From Antedon mediterranea (Eukaryota > Animalia > Echinodermata): a DNA stretch of 64,000 bases. Within the stretch, counting starts at the first letter, position 1, and every line of letters starts with the position of its first letter. Shown here in pieces: positions 24,001-33,600 of the stretch. The translations under genes and the position numbers were made by a program. The stretch is taken from positions 12,152,001 to 12,216,000 of the forward strand of contig NC_092671.1 in NCBI RefSeq assembly GCF_964355755.1, read 5' to 3'. Below the pieces are notes generated by a model, which had not been told where the DNA came from, searched no databases, and saw only the letters and a list, made by a program, of their open reading frames with translations.

Positions 24001-26380
24001 AAATGACTAATAAACTGAATCCCTTTACCTTTTTTATCCTTTTATTTCGCATCATATGACCTAAATATAACAATGGAATATTCACCCGGAGCGGTTAATT
24101 GTTTATTTTTATTCCATCAATATAAAATAAAAGGGGTGTCTAGAAAACTCAGATCTAGAAAACTCAGATCTCAGATATATCTAACTTTTCTAGATCTAGA
24201 AAACTCAGATATCTGACTTTTCTAGATCTAGAAAACTCAGATATCAATATCTGAGTTTTCTAGTTCCAAAATAGAACTAGAAAACCCAGATCATCAAATG
24301 GATCGTTCCATTATTATTAGAGGGTAGCATATTTGAAATACTACACAGTAGTATACGTTTTCTTACTAATAACAATAATTATTGTAACTTGTAGTAGCAG
24401 CCTACGACTTAAATCATAAAAAAAATGCAGTATACACATTTTAAAATGTAGGCTTAGCATTTAGGCCGAGCTAAGCAAACTCAATTCAAGGCTCAACGTG
24501 TGGGCGCTATCGCGATGTATCGCGAAGAGTAGCCCTGGTCCTAGTGGTGGTCAACTCGTACCCAAAATAACTCGTACCTATTCCCAACTTGGCTAACTCG
24601 TAGTTCAACCAACTCGTACCCACACCAACTGGTACATACCTTATTCTTAAAGCCTATTATTTTAACGGTAACATGCACTGTATTTTCTTTATGATTTAAG
24701 CTGTGGGCCGCTTCTACATGTTACAATATTGGTAAGAAAACGTACACAGTAATCAGTTTTAATAATACTCTAGTATTTCAAATGACCTACCTGCTGGTTA
24801 ATAATGGGCGATCCAAATGACTTACCAACCGATCAAATGATGATCTGAGTTTTCTAGTTCCATTCTGGAACTAGAAAAGTCAGATATTGATATCTAAGTT
24901 TTCTAGATCTAGAAAACTCAGATATATCTGAGATCTGAGTTTTCTAGATCTGAGTTTTCTAGACACCCACATAAAAGCTATTTGCGTTTTGTCATGTTAT
25001 GATCATGCCTATTTTGTTTGTGTTTATAAACTCGGTTTAGGTACTGGAACAGCACTGTTGCACATTGTATTGTTAATGAAGTTGGAGATGGAATTGGAAA
25101 CTTACCACCTAAGAACCACATAGTGTATGACTGGCCAACTCATCTACCGGAACCTACTTCGGTTGTCCTTGTGAGCTGCAAGAAGAAACTAAGACAAATG
25201 AAGGAGAGAAGAGGAAAAACTACGTATGAAAACATGTAAGTTAGAAAAAAATTGGATTTATATAAATATATATACTCCACCCTGTCTCCTTTCTTTTATT
25301 CCTGTTCACCCAGGCAGCACTTGCCAGCTTTTATACCATGACGTTATACAAATTCCTTCACTTGCACTGATGAAGGGCTAGTGTTGCCTGAAAGCTCTGC
25401 TAACTTTTCTGGCTGTTTTACTTTATCGTTTTGATTTAGCTTTTCGCATTTTTTAGTATCTCCATTGAGATCCAGCCACTGATACCCACAGCATTGTCAT
25501 TTTTTCAGTTATTTGCCTTTGGATTTATATATATATATATATATGTATATGTACAGTGCGTAAACTGAGGACTAGTGCTGTTCCGCCGTACCACGGCTAT
25601 CCAATCGAGTTCGAACAATACCATGAAAGCCCCAGTGGTCTAATGGTTAGAACATCTGCATATCAAGCAGGCGGTCCGAGTTCGAGTCTCGGTTGGGGCG
25701 ACTTTTTCTCATTCTCACAGATTTCCTCATCTTTATCGTTTCAAATTAATTAATTAAATTTCAGTATATCACCGGGCGGTTTAGAATTAATGTTCTTTGC
25801 CTGATTTGTTTATAGTTCGAGTCTCGGTTGGGGCGACTTTTTCTCATTCTCACAGATTTCCTCATCTTTATCGTTTCAAATTAATTAATTAAATTTCAGT
25901 ATATCACCGGGCGGTTTAGAATTAATGTTCTTTGCCTGATTTGTTTTTATATTTATATATATATATATTTCGATGGGCTTTACACAGAACTGTTTAATGA
26001 GCTGCCTTATTAAATAAACGACGGTGAATGTGTTTCGAAACATTGTCTATCCTTAATCGAATCAGAAGATACAGATAGTACATTGCCCGGTCAGATTTGG
26101 CCACATAAAAACATTAATTTTAGCATATGGATTGAATACAGTGATGCAGTATGGATAATTCAGCATGTTAATTTTTTTTATTGTTTTTTTTTTATTCAGG
26201 GTTTTCGAAACTTTTCAGCGAATGCGAAACCAATCTTGGATTGAAATAGACATTGCGCAACAACAATGTACGGATACTTCCCTCGTAGTCTCACACATTA
26301 TCGATAAACTCCGAAAAAAAAACTTGTTCTGTAATAAATTGCCAACGTCATTCTGCCCTAGCACTGGGCTTCATCAATAA
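21019..26380 (+). CDS. CMPK2: CMPK2-like (UMP-CMP kinase 2 / thymidylate kinase family) protein, copy 1, about 446 aa, degenerate P-loop
   Basis: Exons 21019-21651, 22520-22643, 23124-23331, 25041-25235, 26200-26380, all GT-AG with compatible phases. Motifs IIAIEG, SPVFIDRYWNST, NLPPKNHIVYDWP and FQRMRN match vertebrate CMPK2 (VVAIEG, SPVIVDRYWHST, HLPPAHHPVYQWP, YQRMEN). Confidence 0.85.
22925..23103. mobile_element. MITE (Harbinger-like) in intron 2 of CMPK2-like copy 1
   Basis: TIRs AGCGTGGTTACCACTAG / CTAGTGGGAACCAAGCT with internal GCAACGCAAGGACGTAA inverted repeats; absent from the equivalent intron of copy 2. Confidence 0.8.
24134..24968. mobile_element. Foldback / Mutator-like non-autonomous transposon
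   Basis: Long TIRs built from CTAGAAAACTCAGAT sub-repeats starting GGGTGTCTAG; 9-bp TSD AAATAAAAG / ACATAAAAG (1 mismatch); internal AACTCGTACC repeats at 24552-24625. Confidence 0.8.
25275..25520 (+). mobile_element. Penelope-like terminal-repeat fragment
   Basis: Contains a hammerhead core; flanked on both sides by TTGGATTTATATA; a related inverted fragment lies at ~54653-54715. Confidence 0.55.
25364..25400 (+). ncRNA. Minimal type I hammerhead ribozyme motif
   Basis: GCA-CTGATGA-A-GGGC-TAGTGTT-GCCT-GAAA-GCT-C-TGC: conserved core, 4-bp stem II, palindromic AGCT stem III, stem I GCA/TGC. Confidence 0.7.
25629..25950 (+). mobile_element. tRNA-derived SINE with a tandemly duplicated 3' part
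   Basis: 25629-25700 folds as a cloverleaf with A and B boxes. The same body and tail recur at 25815-25950, 49146-49315 and 14367-14410. Confidence 0.8.
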
Positions 26381-27461
26381 ATCAAAGATACCCTTGCTTT
26401 TTAGACTTTTCCGGAAAAAACACATAATAATAGACGATGGAATGGCACATTTTCAGATCGATCCTGTGCCGAACTGTCCCGTCTTTGATTCTAAGATCTG
26501 GTGAACCAGATAGTACAAATACATGAGTGCGTACTATTTCATTGATTTTAAATAAAAAGCACATTTCCCCCATGGACTGACAATGAGGAACAAATGCGTA
26601 TTAGACAATGTACTCCTTGTTTTGCCGCCTGTGGTAAACATTAGAGTGAAACACAGATAGGCATCCACAAAACAATAATTAAAAAATAACACCTGTGAAT
26701 GATATATGAGTTTATACTGTACTGATATTGTACAATTGTGCATTGTACATAATTTTTAATTCGTATTAAATTTTAAATTTAATTTTTTATATATTGATTA
26801 TAAAATCAATTAATAATAATGAATAATTTATTGTATATTACATACCGTAAATAAAATAGACAAAATAACAAATAATTTACAAAGACCAAACCGTAATTAT
26901 TTTATCTTTCATTGTTTCAATAAAAATCTGTTTTGTTTTGAACTTGAATTAAAGAATATGCAAATATTAATCAATCAATTAAAAATCATTATTAAGCAGC
27001 TGTTTAATATTTTGAAAAACAGTAGGCTATGCGTAAAACAGCAGAGGGCTCTATCACGCGACAAGTGCACGAATTACATCATCATTTTCTTTTTTTCAAT
27101 ATGACGCAACAGTTTGATGGATTCCAATGAGAACCGGGATATTTATAACAATGCCAATTACTTGCAATAAAAAGAAAGGATGTTAATATAGATAACCATG
27201 ATATTACCAATTACCAATAAATCATATTCATCATCATGTATTTTTGAAACTGTGAAGTACTGTATTAATTATGTGGTTAAATGTCTATAATAACATGGAG
27301 CCACTGTTTACAAAATCGACTAGGCTAGTAATTGTTGTCATATAAAAATTTAACCAATTGGAGAGCAGCCTTTCTAGTACGCTTCATTTAACAATATCAT
27401 TGTTGTATATTAATCGTCTATCGAAAAGCACCGGTGTATTAAAAGGTGTACATACGTTAAG

Positions 27462-30035
27462 ATGGCTAATAATATGAATGAATATGGTCAAGATGAAGTG
27501 GACTGGCTTAACTGTATATCTGCCATCGAGACAAGTCGCGGAACAGTTTTCTTCTGCGATCGCGACCTCTTGCCTTTGCGGCAGGATCTTCAAGTTGTCG
27601 GTCAATTTGGTAAGACTAAGAGTGGACAGTTGATGCGTGGCGTTGTAATGTATTCAATAACAGCATACAATCCTATGAATAAAAGAATTGAAGTTGTCGA
27701 AAATGTTAGACGTAACGAATTTTTAATGGAGGAGTTACACGCCAAACTTCCAGGTTGTGAGATTCTAAACAATTATTCATTTTTTCCAAACTGTCCGAAA
27801 CATTTTGAGAGAGGATTCACGATCGTTTTACCCTTGGATTATCCAGTTAGTAACCATGATGGAATTGTCTGTGAGTTGGCGGTCAAGTACCATCAAGCCG
27901 CCTACTTTCGCAGTGTGATACACAATAATGGGGATGTTGAACAGAAATTGATATTAATGATTGATAATAAACCAAAAGAAGTGGATGAAGAACTGATGGT
28001 CATTGAGAGAATTAACTACCACCCTGCGTTTATGCACCATACAAACCATTCCGTGTTTCATGATTATAGGATTGCTCTCGACGTCTTGTCCCGTGTAAGT
28101 GGATTATAAAATATAATACAGTTTATAAACGTACTCTTGATCTGCTATTATATTACTGTTAAGGTTGATATAGGCTAATTGTATTTTTTGAATATATTAT
28201 ATATAAATACATAACAATTAGTTTGTTTATTATATATTTCAGTGGCGATCTTGTGCCGCAGTGGATGAGTTGCTCTCCATCATGTCATCTCGTGCCAAGC
28301 ACGAATTAGCGATTGTTCGCAACAACAAAGATCTCCACCCTATTATTGCAATAGAAGGCCCCAAATTAAGAGGTACTTTACGCGATTCTTTTATAGTTTA
28401 GCATTATGGTTCATACGATATTTATAATCATGTAACATTAACATTATATAGGCAAATATGGTGAAAAAAAGTTTGTACTTTTTTCATTTTTTTGTTCTCT
28501 TCTTGTACGTTTTACCTGTTGTATTTACAGTACAGTTTACATAAAATGTCCTTTTCTTGTGTAAGATCCATGCTATTTAAATAAATGTAAAATTGAATGT
28601 GCATCATGTAACAACTTTTCGATTTGCGAAAACCTAGGATACGAGCATACTGATTCGTTTGTCGTTACATAGACCTAGAATCCATTGGTCTAGGTTCTAG
28701 ACTGTGTATTAGTAAAAGATCAATACTCTGGCCCATATGATGTTTCATACGTAGCCTATAGTACGTACATTGAAACGCCGACTGGTTGGCGAAAATAAAA
28801 AAGACATTTAATACAGACTTGAGGAAAGAATCTACCAAAACTGTGTCAAGAAATTAAGCTCATTGTCAGAACAATCATCATGCGAGTTTAACAAATGTAA
28901 AAACAATTATTATAACAATGTCAATTTTATTTCTTCAAACATGCATTACATAGGAATAGGTGCAGTGTGCAGGCGGTTGAGTTCTTCATTAGGGACAGTG
29001 TATTTGAATTCGATTCCTGTTTGTGTACAACACCTTAAGAAATCGTTCGACGCCCAACCTCAGTTGATTCGTGGTGCATTCCATGCTGTCAGTAATTACA
29101 TATTGGGGCTGGAGCTTTCTACAAAAGCAAAGAATTCACCTGTTTTTGTAGATAGGTATGTCACCAATATATTAACTTGAAATTATGTGAATTATAATAA
29201 AACATTAGCATGAGAACACAACAGCTTTGTGTTCATATACTAAATAAAGGTTGATTCGTTTATCATTTGCATCGATTTTGGCATTTGTAGTGGCCTATTT
29301 TGTTTATGTAAAAATTATAATATATTATTTTTTATATATTAATATATTATTATTATATAAAATTGGTTTAGGTACTGGAACAGCACTGTTGCACATTGTA
29401 TTGTTAATGAAGTTGGAGATGGAATTGGAAACTTACCACCTAAGAACCACATGGTGTATGACTGGCCAACTCATCTACCGGAACCTACTTCGGTTGTTCT
29501 TGTGAGCTGCAAGAAGAAACTAAGACAAATGAAGAATAGTGGTCCCAAGAGAGGAAAAACTACGTATGAAAATATGTAAGTTAAATAAAGTTTAAAACGG
29601 TATTTCATATTCAGTGACTTGAGATACGATACAAAATCAGTGATCCAATACAAAATAAACTGTCTTACCTTTTCTTTATTCAGTGGAGAATTGATTTATA
29701 TATCGGGTTTTTTCTTTGTTTTACTTTGATCTAGGGTTTTTGAAACTTTTCGGCGAATGAGAAACGAGTCTTGGATTGAAATCGACTTTGCTAAACAACA
29801 ATGTACGAATACTACCGACGTAGTCTCACACATTATCGATAAACTCCAAGAAAAAAACTTGTTCTCTATTAAATTGCCAACATCACTCTGCCCTAGCACT
29901 GTGCTTCATCCAGAAATACCCCATGATACCATTGCTTTTGAGACATCCTTACCAGCAAAACATCTACAAGTAACATACGATGGAATGCAACATTTTGCAT
30001 TTCTAAGCTGCTCGTGCCCAAGTATCCCGTCATAA
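27462..30035 (+). CDS. CMPK2: CMPK2-like protein, copy 2, about 489 aa, degenerate P-loop
   Basis: Exons 27462-28094, 28243-28372, 28954-29155, 29372-29575, 29735-30035. Same intron positions and phases as copy 1, uninterrupted frame, motifs SPVFVDRYWNST and LPPKNHMVYDWP. Confidence 0.85.
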
Positions 30036-30643
30036 AAGTTCAATTTCAAAACTTTGAACCCGGATAATTCAACGATTTGTTCCCACTAATCAGTTTTTGT
30101 ACGACGTTGGCGTTTTATAGATTTACATCTTCATGACTACAGAACATATACAATTTAGTTTGTTTATTTGTTATAATAAATGAAAATAGATGCATAAAAC
30201 GCACAAAGGATGGGTTTATTTATCAAATCTAGGCATATATTTTCCGACACAAGACAAGACAAGATACTGTATGTGTTATTATTACTTTTTAATTTACCGA
30301 TTGGCGTCCAATACCGAATAATTTTCGAAGTCTAATCAATTACTCCAATCAAAGTACCATTTTATTATTGTTATCTATCAGAGAAATCTTTATCTATTGT
30401 AAATATTTTGAGCTTATTTCAAAGTAAAATCATACTTGTATTACTATTAATTACTATTATTATTAATTATTATCTAAACTATGTATACTCATGATTAAGG
30501 CTTACTACTTGAACGCAGGGGCGTAAGTGCAACGCAATTTGACCAATCATGATGTATCACCCTTGTCAACTATTGAATACAAACGTTATCAAAAATAAGG
30601 TTTCTTGTAACATTGCTACCTTAATCCATTCCATTCCAGTTTG

Positions 30644-33600
30644 TCAAAGCATGGTCTCGTTGATAAACTGAAAAATGAAAGACGAAATGAATACATTTTC
30701 TTTAAAAGTCACAATACAAGATAAACTGTATTTTAGACCGTATTATAAAATGTTTTACTTGAAAATGTAAATGAGCCTCTATGCATATAAAAAAAGTCGT
30801 GAGCCACGAAACAAGTCATAGACAGAAAGAAATTAAAATTATTATATTATGATTAGTTATTATTAATAATGATTATTTTTGTGTTTACTTTTTCGCACTG
30901 TTTCCATTCACACTTACCTCGTCCAATTTAAATGTTGATTCTTTGCCATTTGCTGAATGCTTCTGGAATGTTTCTAAAATGTCAACGCAACAATAATCTT
31001 TATTATCATTACTCTTTTGTCATTTCTAAACATTTTCTCATATACGTTTCTTATATCATCAAATAGATCAAACCATATACTAGGTTAACAATAATGTAAC
31101 GTCCGAAACATTAATCCTTTGGCAGATGTCTTCTGGTTCTCGTCCATTATCCCTACAATTTTGTCTAGGCTTATGTACGTCATACTACTCTCATACAAAA
31201 GGGACATTTACATAACAATAAAAGCAAATTATTTCTTACCATTCAAATGCCTGAGCTTTATTACGCATTGAATAAAGTCATCAATACCTATGGTTTTTGG
31301 ACCGAATCTAACAACCATCGCACTGACTAAACGGGTGCTCAGACGAAATCCTTTAAAAAAAAATGTTTACATCAAAAATCCTCCATTATATTTAATGTCT
31401 AACATCTGGTGAAAGGAACGAGGGAATAGTATCTACAGTGGGAAAGCCACTTCGCGTTTTGACCGTTAAATCGTGTAAAATCGACTTACTTCCGCATTGA
31501 CGATTTTGAAGCGCCAAATATCGTTGAAAACTGAAACCACGATTTTTCGTCGCCTAGCAAATAAGTGCTGTTTTATTTTAAGCTCTCATGAATATTTAAG
31601 AACCGCCCAACATTACCTATTATGGTAAAATCATTTCCTAATAAGTATAATTGAATAACCAATCGGTTTCCTTCAAAGAAACCGAAGCTAATACAATACA
31701 TTCGGCGACTGAAGTCGGGACTCGTGAAATTTATAAATGTGGTACGATTTGACTACTGTTTTGTTGTCCATTTTCTGAATAGTCGGAGGTGCATCCCAAC
31801 AAATTAAAAAGATTATAATCAATTGTTTTATCAAGAATAATATTAGTTTAATCGAGTATGATATATTTCTATCCTGTTCAAAATTTGTTGGTGTATTCTC
31901 AGGCCTCGAAAGGTAGGTACATTTTCTAGCTGTGAGCGTGGTTTCGGCAACGCGAGACACGTGTGTTAGTATAGGCGATAGCGAGACGTGTGTTGTACAC
32001 TGTGTTGATGCTGATCCGATAGTCGTTAAGTTGTACTGATTACGAGTATCATTGGTCCTGGCCGGCCTGGCCTGGTGATCTGATCCCCCCAAAAAAATAC
32101 TTTTTTTCAATCAGTATTAATATTATTATTTAATTTTTCATTTATTATTTGATTTATTAGGCTCAATAGATGCCTAGCTAGGTTACTAGTAGGCCTAGAT
32201 TATATAAATAATAATAGCAAATACTGTAATAATTAATTAATAAAATACAGCTTCCATTTGACATTAACATTTTTTTTTTAAATAATATTTATTTTCAGGA
32301 ATCGTTGATGATGCAGAGTTCTTTGTCTTTGTGACTTCAAACTGAGAGTGAAGTGGATAAAAAGATGACACCGGTACCTACCGACATTGTCATACCCAAA
32401 CTATAATTTAATTATTTAAAACAAAATGTTGAATTACAAATATATGTATGTTGCAGAGGATTTAGATGAATTACAATACAAATATTTATGTTGAATGCAA
32501 ACCTACTACACTATACTCTGTAAATTATGTTATTGTCATGTGGTAGACCTTAAAAATTGAATATTTATTGTATGTTAGGCCTATTTTATATTTTATTAAT
32601 ACTGTATTTTAATATTACTATTAATTTATATTATACAGTACTAGTTTGTACATGTTTTTACCCAAAAAAAATGAATAAATAATTTGTTATTCAATCTAAT
32701 TGCTTGTTTGTTCATCAATAACAAAACAATTGTAAGCAAGTATATAACAGTTCTTGTTAGCCGCTTATTTCAGGTCATATTATTAATATTAGCTAGGCCC
32801 GACGCGCTCGATCACAACGTCACTAAGTGACTTTCCGCCCCTGGAACAATCGCTCGCTAATAGGGCTAGGCCTCGGACTCGTATAAAAGCTATTATAATA
32901 GTTATGATAAATATTCCTCAACTAAAATGTATACTGTGATAAATAAACAAGTAATAATATACGTTGTATTGGAATGTATTTATTTATATGAATTCTTATA
33001 CGCGGACAATTATAAACATCGCGTATATCGTTCGCTATAAATAAATTCATAAACACGATGACGATGTGTTTACAAAATGGCGGTTTCGCTAGTTTTCGAT
33101 GGAACAAATAGTGGTACCTTTAGTTTGAATAGTCGGAGCTGCATCCCAACCACCGAATTTTGTATCTTAATATCGTATTCTGTAGATTATTAATTTTTCT
33201 AACAGGGATTTTAAATTCAGGACTGTTCAATTTTTCTAAATATTTTATTTTAACGATTTTCTAGGGTACAATTTCGGAAAAAAGACATTGGTTGATTTTG
33301 CCGTTAAATTACAGATTATCGTTTTGTTCAAATACATTTAATTTTACATGACAATATATTAAAACCATTTATGAATTTATTTCACTAACAATATTTTTCC
33401 GATAATCAGCTAAATTTACAAATATTGTGTTTTTCCAACACCCTAAAATTTAGCAATTTTGAACTAAATTAGAAAAGTAGGGCGCCCTCTCCGAGTCGAA
33501 ATTTGACACGATTTGTCGACTGGCTGTCCCACTGTCTACAGTACAGTCAACATCTTAGGGGAAACCCCTTTCAGAGGACACCTTGTCATGAGGTAATTTC

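Noticed and set aside
25629-25700. Genuine tRNA-Asp gene
   Set aside because: Attached to a repeated body and tail found at three other places, with an atypical anticodon loop; classed as a SINE.
31434-33536. Transib/RAG-like transposon (ACAGTG heptamer-like ends)
   Set aside because: Ends are not CAC, no 5-bp TSD, no nonamer or RAG-like ORF seen.
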